Part shown: in pieces, positions 7,688 to 17,568 of the stretch
Numbering within the stretch: position 1 is the stretch's first letter
Layout: each line of letters starts with the position of its first letter
IMG/VR virus record: IMGVR_UViG_3300035136_000021
Span: 1-56,882 of that record
DNA: 56,882 nt
Origin: a virus
Taxonomy: Duplodnaviria; Caudoviricetes
Direction: 5' to 3' (one strand)
Made by a program: the position numbers and the translations under genes
Notes under the pieces: model-generated
What the model was told of the DNA's origin: nothing
Seen by the model: the letters and a program-made list of their open reading frames with translations, nothing else
Database searches by the model: none

Positions 7688-10327
7688 ATGAATGAATATA
7701 AATTACAATACAATATAATAGATACTGAGTGTTTAAGTGATTATTGGTCTTTTCAATTTAGATCTAGTAATATGGAAAAATCTAAATTAATAGAATGTAC
7801 TAAAGATCATGATTTTTATGAATTTTATAAAATGCTAGAAAAAACTAAAACATCAATGTATTGTTATTCAATAAATTACGACAAAATAATGTTAAATAGT
7901 CTTTGTAAATTTGTAGAAAATCAAGTATCTAACATTAATTGGAAAATGAGAAGAATCAACGATTATTTGATTTCCGGAAACTTACAATATTTTAGAATAA
8001 ATAGAGAATTTTGGTGTGATAACTTTTATAAATTGGTAGATAAAGGATATGAATCTCAAGAATCTTTTCATATGAGTATCGAAAAAATTAAGAGTAAATA
8101 TAATAATGATAAATTTATAATTGCTTTTTTGGATGAATTTCCTTACTTATTAGGAAAATCTAAAGTTTTTAAGAACCTTAATATTATAGACATTCCAAAA
8201 CTAATGTTCTATTATTCTGTCAGGAAAGATGGGATCATTAGACCTACGATAAGTCTTAAAAATTTACAATTATTTCACGAACAAACAAATATAAAGTTTG
8301 ATTTTTCATATAAATCTATAGAAGACATTAAGAAAAATGATTTATATGATACATTTAAAGAATATTCTTTAAACGATACTGATTATTTGTTTAGATTTTT
8401 CAATGAAAATTGTTTACCTATATTAAATACACGTCTTCAAGCGTGTTTAGTAATTAAAAAATTTGATAATGATTTTATATTTAATGATAAAATGATACAT
8501 TCTGAATCTAATACTAATTTATTAGTTGAAGCGTTCAAAGTTCCTGAAAATCAAAGAAATCAACAAATAACAATGAATTATACAGATCATATAAAAGAAA
8601 CTGGTTATCCGGTATTTGATAACATTGTGAAATTTTCGGAAAAACATAAAGATAAAATAAAAAAAGATAAAACTTTAAAATATATGTATTGTAGTGAATA
8701 TAATAAACAATATATCTTCGATGATAGTAATATTGTCGAAGGTAATAATATAGAAACCAAAATAAATTCAATAGATTCTTTTGATTTATTTGGAACCAAT
8801 GTAACTATTGGATTTGGTGGTATACATGGAGCTATTGAAAATTATAATCAAAAAAATTTATGGAACATTGATTATACTAGTATGTATTCAAGTATCATAT
8901 TAAAATTTAAAAAAATTTATAAAAATATAATAAATGTAGATTTATATGAAGCTCTTTATAATTTTAAAAATAAAGATGTGAAAAAATCAATAAAAGAACT
9001 TGATGATAAATTAAAATTATTAAATGATAATATTAAAAAATCAATTAATGATCTTGTATATATATCTGAAAATGAAAGTAATATTGAAAAATTAGAAGTC
9101 GAAAAAGAACAATTAGAAAAATTAAAAGATGGATCAAAACTTTTGTTAAATAATTTATATGGTATATTAAATAGTGAATTCAATCTGCCTATAAGTAATA
9201 AAACATTAGGTCGTTTCATATGCCTCTACGGTCAATATAGAGCAATAGAATTATGTAAGATTATCAACAAAGAATTAAAAGAATCTAAGTTACCTAATAT
9301 CAATACCGATGGTGTATTCATTGAAAATATAGAAGAATCAATAATCGATAAAATAATAGAAATTGATAAAGATGAATATTTAAATCTTGAAAAAACTAAA
9401 ATTGATCAATTAATACAATATGATGTAAATAATTACATCAAAATTGTAGATCGTAAGTTGAAAATTAAAGGGAATACTTTTGGAACTAAAATAAAACAAA
9501 GTTTCACAAGAAATGAAAAATTAAGTTGCAATATGACAAACGCTTTAAAGCTAATCGAAGGTAAAGATACTGATGTAAAGATATTACCTATATATTTTCA
9601 TAATACTAAAGTAAAATCTAGTGTATTGTTGGAAAATGAAGATTCTAGCATGGATAAAATTTATTATTTAACATCTAAAGACAAGGGGAATTTCGCGATT
9701 AAAAACGTAGTAAAACCGTTAATTTTAAATTTAGATGGTGAAATATATTATTTTACTACCAATAAAAAAGATGCAGATATGAAAGAATATTTTAAATTTG
9801 CTCGACTAACTGAAAATAAGATTTTAGATTTTACAGTAAATAAAGTGAAAAATACTATGAAATATATCAAAAACCCGTTAAATCCGGATCATGAAGAAAA
9901 TATAAAATCTAAAAAATCTATAAGACTTAAGATAAATAAAATATTAAAACCTTTTAATATAAATTGTTGTATCATAAATAATAAATTAGAAATATTAATT
10001 GATGAAAATAATAAAGTATCTGAAAATTATAGTAACTATAATTTGACAGATATATTAAAATCAAAAGAATCTGAGATTTTAGGATTAAAAAATATTCAAG
10101 ATATCGTTTTAGTAAGTACAAAAGATCAAAATATTATAAGATCTTTAGATTCTTTTGAAACTTTTTCTATAGAACATAAAATAACAGGTTTCAAATGTTA
10201 CGTTTTTTCACAGGAATTTTTTTGGACTAATGTTGAATTAGGAAATATCAAAACGTTAAATAATGATATAATACCAATTTGGAATACAAATAATAATTAT
10301 ATATGTAATATCAATCAAATAAAATAA
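7688..10327 (+). CDS. DNA polymerase, family B-like, with N-terminal 3'-5' exonuclease
   Basis: DTE (ExoI), YD (ExoII), Y..ND (ExoIII); GGIHG, DYTSMY (A), K...N.LYG (B), NTDG (C). Confidence 0.85.
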   Translation: MNEYKLQYNIIDTECLSDYWSFQFRSSNMEKSKLIECTKDHDFYEFYKMLEKTKTSMYCYSINYDKIMLNSLCKFVENQVSNINWKMRRINDYLISGNLQYFRINREFWCDNFYKLVDKGYESQESFHMSIEKIKSKYNNDKFIIAFLDEFPYLLGKSKVFKNLNIIDIPKLMFYYSVRKDGIIRPTISLKNLQLFHEQTNIKFDFSYKSIEDIKKNDLYDTFKEYSLNDTDYLFRFFNENCLPILNTRLQACLVIKKFDNDFIFNDKMIHSESNTNLLVEAFKVPENQRNQQITMNYTDHIKETGYPVFDNIVKFSEKHKDKIKKDKTLKYMYCSEYNKQYIFDDSNIVEGNNIETKINSIDSFDLFGTNVTIGFGGIHGAIENYNQKNLWNIDYTSMYSSIILKFKKIYKNIINVDLYEALYNFKNKDVKKSIKELDDKLKLLNDNIKKSINDLVYISENESNIEKLEVEKEQLEKLKDGSKLLLNNLYGILNSEFNLPISNKTLGRFICLYGQYRAIELCKIINKELKESKLPNINTDGVFIENIEESIIDKIIEIDKDEYLNLEKTKIDQLIQYDVNNYIKIVDRKLKIKGNTFGTKIKQSFTRNEKLSCNMTNALKLIEGKDTDVKILPIYFHNTKVKSSVLLENEDSSMDKIYYLTSKDKGNFAIKNVVKPLILNLDGEIYYFTTNKKDADMKEYFKFARLTENKILDFTVNKVKNTMKYIKNPLNPDHEENIKSKKSIRLKINKILKPFNINCCIINNKLEILIDENNKVSENYSNYNLTDILKSKESEILGLKNIQDIVLVSTKDQNIIRSLDSFETFSIEHKITGFKCYVFSQEFFWTNVELGNIKTLNNDIIPIWNTNNNYICNINQIK

Positions 10328-10349
10328 ATTTATATAATGTTTTTAAAGT

Positions 10350-10375
10350 TATCAAGATTCTTAAGAATCTTGATA
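10350..10375. terminator. Perfect 26-bp palindrome followed by T-tract
   Basis: TATCAAGATTCTT|AAGAATCTTGATA. Confidence 0.65.
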
Positions 10376-10488
10376 CTTTTTTTATTTTGTAACATAATAT
10401 TATTTGATTTCTTGAATTTATTTTAGTATCATATGAATATAATAAGTTTTCAAACTTATTAAATAAAAAATTATGGAGGATTACTAAC

Positions 10489-11013
10489 ATGTTGAATGAA
10501 AAAATATACAATGAATATTTAAAAAGTATAGAAAAAACTGATATTGCGTATTATACGGATGATGAAAATTTAGATGAATTTTATAAAATGCAAAGTGCTT
10601 ATTTTAACTTATATAATTTATTATCTGAAAATGTGAATAAAATATTTATAGAAAATGAAAATGATTACTTATTAAAATTACTTAAAGAACATGATGTAAA
10701 CTATATTATCATTTACCATTCAGATAATATCGAAATAAAATTAAACACCTGTTATAAAAGCTATACATTACGTGAATTAAGTAAAGATTTACAAGGTTTA
10801 TTAAAAGAAATGGTTTCAATTGTTTGCATATATAAAATTAATAAATCATGGTATTATTATATATTAGATTTTGAAGATCAAGAAGATAAAATATTAAATT
10901 ATTTTTCAAAAATAGATTCAAAAGCATTCATATTAAATCCGTATAATTCTATGGTTTCATTTGATTTAAAATCCATACAATATCATATAAAAAATTCATA
11001 TTATGAATTATAA
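10489..11013 (+). CDS. Hypothetical protein
   Basis: GGAGG RBS; promoter at 10404-10432. Confidence 0.65.
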   Translation: MLNEKIYNEYLKSIEKTDIAYYTDDENLDEFYKMQSAYFNLYNLLSENVNKIFIENENDYLLKLLKEHDVNYIIIYHSDNIEIKLNTCYKSYTLRELSKDLQGLLKEMVSIVCIYKINKSWYYYILDFEDQEDKILNYFSKIDSKAFILNPYNSMVSFDLKSIQYHIKNSYYEL

Positions 11014-11042
11014 TTTTGCAAAACATAAAAACTATATAAGAT

Positions 11043-11076
11043 AGGATCTCAAGATTCTTAAGAATCTTGAGATCCT
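11043..11076. terminator. Perfect 34-bp palindrome
   Basis: AGGATCTCAAGATTCTT|AAGAATCTTGAGATCCT. Confidence 0.55.
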
Positions 11077-11100
11077 TAAAAAAAGGAGATTATTAATTAT

Positions 11101-11565
11101 ATGAATATATTTATATTAGATTTAAATGTTAAATTGAATTCTAGATACCATTGTGATAAACATGTTGTGAAGATGATTACTGAAACGGCTCAATTATTAC
11201 ATAGTACATATTATTTTACTCAAGAATTCAATAAAGCAAACTATAAATTAACTCATAAAAATCATCCATGTAGTATATGGACTAGGAAATCATTAAGTAA
11301 TTGGAATTATTTAAAAAATCTAGGTATTAATCTATATAACGAATATAAATATAGATACGGTAATAAAAAACATAAAAGCGGAGAACTGTTAACTAATAAT
11401 ACACCTATACCAAATCTAAATGATTACGGATTAACATTATTTACTCAATGTATTCCAGATAAATATAAATCAAATGATCCTGTAAAAGCTTATAGAGAAT
11501 ATTATATACATGAAAAAAGTCACTTATTTTCTTGGAAAAATAGAAATAAACCATATTGGGTTTGA
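11101..11565 (+). CDS. Pyrimidine dimer DNA glycosylase / endonuclease V family protein
   Basis: MNIF.LD....HCDKHVVKM..E.AQLL...H.NHPC..W...AYR.YY. Confidence 0.85.
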   Translation: MNIFILDLNVKLNSRYHCDKHVVKMITETAQLLHSTYYFTQEFNKANYKLTHKNHPCSIWTRKSLSNWNYLKNLGINLYNEYKYRYGNKKHKSGELLTNNTPIPNLNDYGLTLFTQCIPDKYKSNDPVKAYREYYIHEKSHLFSWKNRNKPYWV

Positions 11566-11595
11566 TATAATACAGATATAAATATAAGAGAGGAT

Positions 11596-11814
11596 ATGAA
11601 AAATATGGGAAGAAGAAAAAAAACTACACAAGCCGAAATGATAGCTGAACAAATAAAATATGAAGAAGAACAAAAAATCCTTCAAGCAAATGAAATAGAA
11701 ATAAGAAAAAAGATGACTGAACATTATAATAAATATAGACCTACCGAAAATAATGTGTTAGGAAAACACAGATCATGGGATGAATGGACCGTATGGGATA
11801 TATTAAAATGGTAA
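11596..11814 (+). CDS. Hypothetical protein
   Basis: ORF with GAGG RBS. Confidence 0.55.
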   Translation: MKNMGRRKKTTQAEMIAEQIKYEEEQKILQANEIEIRKKMTEHYNKYRPTENNVLGKHRSWDEWTVWDILKW

Positions 11815-11873
11815 AAAAAAAATCAAAGACTCTTTAAGAGTCTTTAAATTAAAAAAAGGAGGTTACTATTAAC

Positions 11874-12413
11874 ATGAAATGTAAATGTTGCAAAGAAGAT
11901 AAAAACCCACTAATCAATATACACGATGAATACTTGTGTTTGACATGTTTTATTAATTTATATAATTCACATAACAATTCTTTAAACTCTTTAGATTCTT
12001 TAATATCTTTAGATTCTTTAGATTCTTTAGATTATTTAAAATCTTTAGATTCTTTAGATTCTTTAGAAATTTTAAAAATATATGTATCTAATATTACAAA
12101 AGTATTAAAAACTTTAAATGATTTAAAACTTAACATATCTAAAAAAATAAAAAATGATTATGAACAATCAAAACAAGCAGATATAAAAATATCAGATCAT
12201 TGTATCATCAGATACTTTGAACGTGTATTAAATTATGATATAGAAGATATAAAAACAAAAATAATAACAAATAATGTAAAATATAAATATCACGAATTGG
12301 GTTTAAATAGTAATAAAATTGAAATCGATAAAGATTTTTCGGTTTTGATAAAAGATAATATAGCCATAACAATATTAAAAAATGAAAAAAGAGAGGGGGA
12401 GGATATTAAATGA
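11874..12413 (+). CDS. Hypothetical protein: N-terminal Zn finger, SLD repeats, C-terminal SDH..IRY.ER domain
   Basis: AGGAGG RBS; motifs visible in the translation. Confidence 0.65.
   Translation: MKCKCCKEDKNPLINIHDEYLCLTCFINLYNSHNNSLNSLDSLISLDSLDSLDYLKSLDSLDSLEILKIYVSNITKVLKTLNDLKLNISKKIKNDYEQSKQADIKISDHCIIRYFERVLNYDIEDIKTKIITNNVKYKYHELGLNSNKIEIDKDFSVLIKDNIAITILKNEKREGEDIK
11977..12069. repeat. 9-bp coding microsatellite (GATTCTTTA)n, encoding SLD
   Basis: Read directly. Confidence 0.9.
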
Positions 12414-12512
12414 GGAAATGTAAAAATTGTGGAAGTGAGAACTTGAGAATGCAAGTACCATAATATAATCATAGCGATATTAAAAAAATGAAAAAAGAGA
12501 GGATATATTAAA

Positions 12513-12968
12513 ATGAAAACTATTGATCAATTAAAACATATCATGCTCCAACTCGAAGAAATTACCAAAAAACCAGAACAATTAAACGATGGTTATCATA
12601 CATTTAATGAATTGTATAACCATAGAATGCAATTAAAACATATCATGCTCCAACTCGAAAAAATTACAGAAAAACCAGAACAATTAAACGATGGTTATCA
12701 TACATTTAGTGAATTGTATAACCATAGAATGATTTTATTTTCAATCATTGTAAATAAACATAAAAATATCGCATGGAAATCAAAATTACATCATGACGGT
12801 ACAATGTTTGAAAATTACTTTATTGTAGGAATTGATACACCAAAAGGTCAATTTACCTATCATTATCAATTAGACAATTGGGATAAATTTAAATGCAAAG
12901 AACTAAAGAAAGCACCGCTTTATGACGGTCATACACCTGACGATATTATTAGACTTTTATCAATTTAA
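12513..12968 (+). CDS. WDGH-domain-type phage protein with a duplicated 34-aa N-terminal segment
   Basis: DGYHTF.ELY.HR, WKS..H.DG, GQ.TYHY, YDGHT. Confidence 0.75.
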   Translation: MKTIDQLKHIMLQLEEITKKPEQLNDGYHTFNELYNHRMQLKHIMLQLEKITEKPEQLNDGYHTFSELYNHRMILFSIIVNKHKNIAWKSKLHHDGTMFENYFIVGIDTPKGQFTYHYQLDNWDKFKCKELKKAPLYDGHTPDDIIRLLSI

Positions 12969-12970
12969 TC

Positions 12971-13012
12971 AAAAAAAAACCATGGATTTTTAAAAATCCA
13001 TGGTTTTTTTTT
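12971..13012. terminator. Perfect 42-bp palindrome, bidirectional terminator
   Basis: A9-CCATGGATTTTT|AAAAATCCATGG-T9. Confidence 0.75.
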
Positions 13013-13037
13013 TGATCTTATTGTAACATAATAATCT

Positions 13038-13066
13038 TTGATAATTCGTATTAATTTTAGTATAAT
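13038..13066 (+). promoter_or_regulatory. Sigma-A-type promoter
   Basis: TTGATA-N11-TTTTAG-TATAAT. Confidence 0.75.
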
Positions 13067-13115
13067 ATAAATATAGTAAGTTATTAAAAAAATTTGAGAG
13101 GGGAAAAAAATTAAT

Positions 13116-13520
13116 ATGAATAATATAAATAAATTAAATGGAAATGATATAAAAAATTGTTTATTTGCAGGTAGGGCAACATTGACATTGGTATCAAGTG
13201 TTACTGATACAAGATATACATACAAAGTGGTTAAAAAAGATAATTTATATTTTGTAAAGTTATTAATGAATGGTGATCAATATAACTACATTGGATATAT
13301 AAAACACAATATATTCAAATGGTCTAAAAAATCATTCGTATCAAAAGATTCTAAAAGTTTTAAAGCTTTTAATTACTTAATTAGAAATATAAATAATGAT
13401 AAAAATTTAGAAAAATTAATAATTTATCATTCAGGAAAATGTTGTAAATGTGGAAAAGAATTAACAACACCAGACAGTATTAAATATGGCTTGGGTCCTA
13501 TTTGCAGGAAATCAAATTAA
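13116..13520 (+). CDS. DUF6011-type Zn-ribbon protein
   Basis: AG.AT.T..S....RYTYKV; C-term C..CG..LT.P.SI..G.GP.C. Confidence 0.75.
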   Translation: MNNINKLNGNDIKNCLFAGRATLTLVSSVTDTRYTYKVVKKDNLYFVKLLMNGDQYNYIGYIKHNIFKWSKKSFVSKDSKSFKAFNYLIRNINNDKNLEKLIIYHSGKCCKCGKELTTPDSIKYGLGPICRKSN

Positions 13521-13896
13521 AAAAAAGTCCTGAGGATATAAAAATCCAGGAGTATTAAGACTCCTGGATTTTTATATCTTATCGTCGATTATACATATTG
13601 CCTATGTTATAATAAATTTTATATAAGAAAATTTATATATTGTTGTCACTATGTGGCAATTGGTGATATTACCTATAAGAAATAGTTTGTGGCTATTTCT
13701 TATTTATGTAAAATTATTATTTATCCAGGAATCTTAAGACTCTCAAATCTTAAGACTCTCAAATCTTAATTTTATTTGATTTTTATTATACGTTATGATA
13801 ATATAATCAATGACAGGAAAACATTAGAATAAAGATTCTTAAGATTTTTAATAATCATCTTAAGAATCTTTATTGAATAAGGAAGGTTTTTTTTTT

Positions 13897-14367
13897 ATGG
13901 ATATTAAATTATTAAGAGAAAAAATAAATAATTGTACATTATCTAAAAGTGAAATAGCTGACAGTATTGGTATAACTTACACAAGTTTGTACAATAAATT
14001 ATCAGGTATTCGAGAATTTAAGATTGATGAAATATATAAATTATTAAAACTAATTGATTTAGAATTTGATGATTTATATATATCTGTTAATTACAGTCCT
14101 TTAATATTTTTTGATTTAACAAAAAATTTAAAAATAAATGATTTTAGAACACAAGTTCTAAAAATTAAGGAAGAATTCAAAGAATTTAAAGAATCTTTAG
14201 AATTTGGTGAACAAATAAAAATAACTAATGAATTATTAGACCTGGTACAAGCTTGTATTAGTTTGTATCATTTACAACATAAAGATTCTTTAGAACATTA
14301 TGATCGATGGTCAACTAAAATTAAAAAACGCTTGAAAAATAATTATGACTGGGGGAAGAAGGTATAA
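13897..14367 (+). CDS. Cro/XRE HTH fused to a MazG-like helical domain
   Basis: SEIADSIGITYTSLYNKLSG.REF HTH; KIKEE..E...ELLDLVQA. Confidence 0.6.
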   Translation: MDIKLLREKINNCTLSKSEIADSIGITYTSLYNKLSGIREFKIDEIYKLLKLIDLEFDDLYISVNYSPLIFFDLTKNLKINDFRTQVLKIKEEFKEFKESLEFGEQIKITNELLDLVQACISLYHLQHKDSLEHYDRWSTKIKKRLKNNYDWGKKV

Positions 14368-14371
14368 AAAA

Positions 14372-14650
14372 ATGGATGATAATAAAATAAAAAAAATAAA
14401 AGAAGTAATCAATAATGATTATTTGAAATTATTATTTATATCAGATCAATTGAATACATGTATGATAAAATACAATTATTTCAAAAATCATTCAATTGAG
14501 GTACATAAAAAAAAATTCTATAATGTTGAATTAAATAAAGAATTAGCTGATTTATATATATTATTAAATATTTATTTATCAGAAGAACTTATCAATTTAA
14601 GAATCGATAAGTTCATTGTACATATTGCCGATTGTAAAAATCAATTATGA
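14372..14650 (+). CDS. Hypothetical protein (degenerate MazG-like, ELADL)
   Basis: ATG 14372 after GAAGG; ELADLYIL motif. Confidence 0.5.
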   Translation: MDDNKIKKIKEVINNDYLKLLFISDQLNTCMIKYNYFKNHSIEVHKKKFYNVELNKELADLYILLNIYLSEELINLRIDKFIVHIADCKNQL

Positions 14651-14850
14651 AAAAAAAGGTGATGAAATTGATAAGACATATTAAAAGAAATAAATTAAAA
14701 AAGTACATAAACTCAAATAAAATCCAAACAACTTGGTTAAATTATCAAATTGAAAAATATGGTTATAAACAATATAAAATAATGTTACTTAAATGTACTG
14801 GTAAACATTATTGAAATAACTTACAATAGAAACTTGGAAATTAATTAATT

Positions 14851-14887
14851 AAAAAAAACATCAAGATACCGAACTTGATGTTTTTTT
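14851..14887. terminator. Bidirectional intrinsic terminator
   Basis: A8-CATCAAG-loop-CTTGATG-T7 between convergent ORFs. Confidence 0.75.
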
Positions 14888-14919
14888 GTATACCTTTGGC
14901 TTAAAATACATGATCTTAA

Positions 14920-15042
14920 TTATAAATCTTTTAATTCAACTATAGTTAGATATAATAGTATTATTAATGCTATTATTGTAAATATGCTAAATATTGCTAC
15001 TATACATCCTGATATACATCCAATATAATCATATATATCCAT
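14920..15042 (-). CDS. 40-aa single-TM peptide MDIYDYIGCISGCIVAIFSIFTIIALIILLYLTIVELKDL
   Basis: AAAGGAG RBS on the minus strand; terminator downstream. Confidence 0.55.
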   Translation of the reverse strand: MDIYDYIGCISGCIVAIFSIFTIIALIILLYLTIVELKDL

Positions 15043-15197
15043 CAATTAACTCCTTTGAACATTTCTACCTTTGGATCTTAAAATACCTTTGGATCTTACA
15101 AATCAAAAGGTATTTTAAATTGCTGAAATGTATATATTTTGTTAAATAATATAATTATACCTTATACTTATAGAAAGATTTCATACACAATATTTAT

Positions 15198-15335
15198 GTG
15201 AACTACTCACCACTTACGCTAACGCTTAGATGTGGGAGCTTCAAAAGAAGTTTGCTAAACTAACCTTATTCTTTTTGGACTATCCACAAGCCCTCTACAC
15301 AGTTTTTCAAAATTGAAATTCTGCTTACTTTTACG
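15198..15335 (-). ncRNA. IS200/IS605(IS607)-type right end, TnpB omega-RNA-like element without tnpB
   Basis: Minus strand ends GAAGCTCCCACATCTAAGCGTTAGCGTAAGTGGTGAGTAGTTCAC; TATAAT box just upstream. Confidence 0.6.
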
Positions 15336-15492
15336 TAATAAATATTATATACCAAAATAATAAAAATTTCTAATATTTTAATATTAGAAATTTTTTAGAA
15401 AAAGTTCATTTGTTCATATCGCACCTTGAATCATTTGAATCATTTTATCATTTTTTTTCAATATTATCATGAAAAATCCAAAAAATCAAATA

Positions 15493-15521
15493 TTGATTTC
15501 TTGGACTCGTTTTAGTATAAT
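15493..15521 (+). promoter_or_regulatory. Sigma-A-type promoter
   Basis: TTGATT-N11-TTTTAG-TATAAT. Confidence 0.7.
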
Positions 15522-15617
15522 TATGTTAACATTTAAATCCACACAATTGTGAAGGGCGAGAATTTTTTATGTTGAAAAATAGTAATTTAATTATATCATA
15601 TAATAGGAGGTATAATA

Positions 15618-15938
15618 ATGATAAAAAAAATAATAAAATTATTATTATTTTCAGATGATGAAATAAATCAAAAGTATTTTAATTTATTAAAGTATCAAAT
15701 AAACAAAAAAGATCAAGAAATTAAAGAACTTAAAATCACTATTAAAATACAAAAAAATACAATCTCTTATATTGAATCAAAAAGTTCATGGTCCTTGATA
15801 GATAAATTAATATTTCTCAGAGATGGTTTATATAAAATCAATGAAATCAAAAAACTAAAGAAGCAAAAAATTAAGGAAGCATCGATTATTGAAAATAAAA
15901 AAATTATAAATTTCAATGATATTCAAAGAAAAATGTAA
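15618..15938 (+). CDS. Hypothetical coiled-coil protein
   Basis: AGGAGG RBS. Confidence 0.6.
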   Translation: MIKKIIKLLLFSDDEINQKYFNLLKYQINKKDQEIKELKITIKIQKNTISYIESKSSWSLIDKLIFLRDGLYKINEIKKLKKQKIKEASIIENKKIINFNDIQRKM

Positions 15939-16266
15939 CCTTAAAAAAAAAAAAAACCATAAGTCCATTTTCTAGCTATTCTATTTATTCATAATCATGA
16001 ATTAATAGATATTGATAAATAGAATCGCTAGAAACTATTAATATTTTAAAACTCTTGATATCAGTAAGTTCTAAAGATTTTTTATGATTTTAAAAACTCA
16101 CTGATATCAAAGGTTCTAGAGTTCTAAATATTTTACTATCAAAATATTATAAAATCACCTTTAAAAAAAAATAATATTAGACATAATAATACATAAATAT
16201 CTAATATGTTAACTGGTGTGATATAATGGATTTATTAAACTATTAAAAAAGGAGGGTTACTAATAT

Positions 16267-17169
16267 ATGGAAATTACAGTATTAACTAAAATATTTAAAA
16301 ATTTAGCATTAAATGATCGTTGTTTGTTTAAATCTATTTATTTAGTTATATATGGAAATGTAAATCATTATAAACATACTGATATTACAAAAATAATAGT
16401 AAAAACTATTGATTATTACATAATAAATAAAAATAATTTAGAAACATTTTTCAAAAGTGATGATGGTAGAATAATGATTTCTAATTCTTTATTATTCATT
16501 AATTTATTAGATTTCTTTAAACTTCACGGATATTCAAATGATCTTGAGGTTAAAGATATTTCTTTAGTTATTCGGAAAAGTAAGATCGATAAGTTCTTAA
16601 ATTTTCTATTTTTATATAAAAAAATAGAAATTCCTAAAAAAATATCTGATTTAAATGCAAATAAATTAACTACAATTCAACATTACCTTATTAATGATAT
16701 TTACAACGGTATTAAAGATGGTTGTATATCCGATAATAAAAGTATATTTAAAATTCCAGAGAACTTAAAATCTTTTGTTAGACCTTATAATGTTAAATCG
16801 AAAATATCTCAAAAATGCTTCAATGCTTTATATAATATAAAATTTAACGAAATAAAAGATATAATGAAATTTGAAGAATTCGTGAATATTAAAAATTTAC
16901 ATTTTCCTACATTTAATCAATATTCAAGATTGTTAAATAATTTTGAATATCAACACAATAAAATAAAATGTAATATTAATAGTAAAATATTTAATATCCA
17001 TAAAAAGTATATAGACTTTGTACATTTAATTTACAGGTACAATATGTTGCAACCTTTAACAAATAATATAGATCTAGGTTTCTTGAGTACTTATGATTCT
17101 TATTCATTAATAATCATACAACATAATGAAATAATAGGTCAGATAATGCCTTTATGTAAAATTATTTAA
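16267..17169 (+). CDS. Hypothetical protein
   Basis: 300-aa ORF, AGGAGG RBS. Confidence 0.7.
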   Translation: MEITVLTKIFKNLALNDRCLFKSIYLVIYGNVNHYKHTDITKIIVKTIDYYIINKNNLETFFKSDDGRIMISNSLLFINLLDFFKLHGYSNDLEVKDISLVIRKSKIDKFLNFLFLYKKIEIPKKISDLNANKLTTIQHYLINDIYNGIKDGCISDNKSIFKIPENLKSFVRPYNVKSKISQKCFNALYNIKFNEIKDIMKFEEFVNIKNLHFPTFNQYSRLLNNFEYQHNKIKCNINSKIFNIHKKYIDFVHLIYRYNMLQPLTNNIDLGFLSTYDSYSLIIIQHNEIIGQIMPLCKII

Positions 17170-17186
17170 AAAAAAGGAGTGTTATT

Positions 17187-17501
17187 ATGAAATCGGTATC
17201 TTGTGATCAATGTAAAAAAATTTTTAAAATAATTCTTAAAAAAATAAAGCTTCAAGAACATTTCATCCATAAAACAATATTTATTTGCCCTCATTGTAAT
17301 AAAGAATATTTATGTTTCTTCGAAAATTCATACACTGATTCATTATTAAATCAAATTAAATTATATGAAATTGGATTAAAACACCTTAACCCACAATCTA
17401 TTAAATATCGTATATTAACTGCAAAAATTCAAGATCTCATGGATAAACGAAAAGATGCTATTAAATACTTGAAACAAGAATATATCCACCTTATTAAATA
17501 A
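17187..17501 (+). CDS. Zn-ribbon hypothetical protein
   Basis: CDQC ... FICPHC followed by a coiled coil. Confidence 0.65.
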   Translation: MKSVSCDQCKKIFKIILKKIKLQEHFIHKTIFICPHCNKEYLCFFENSYTDSLLNQIKLYEIGLKHLNPQSIKYRILTAKIQDLMDKRKDAIKYLKQEYIHLIK

Positions 17502-17520
17502 TATATGCTTCATCTTTATT

Positions 17521-17568
17521 CACAAGGAGACTCCCGCTTCTAAAGCTGTGAGAGGAATTGTGACTACT
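17521..17568 (-). mobile_element. IS200/IS605-like subterminal hairpin remnant
   Basis: Minus strand CAATTCCTCTCAC...GGGAGTCTCCTTG; 38/48 identical to 22167-22214. Confidence 0.5.

Noticed and set aside
13600-13710. tRNA or riboswitch in the hairpin-rich gap
   Set aside because: Only two short hairpins after a -10 box; no cloverleaf or known aptamer recognised, and no tRNA seen anywhere in the window
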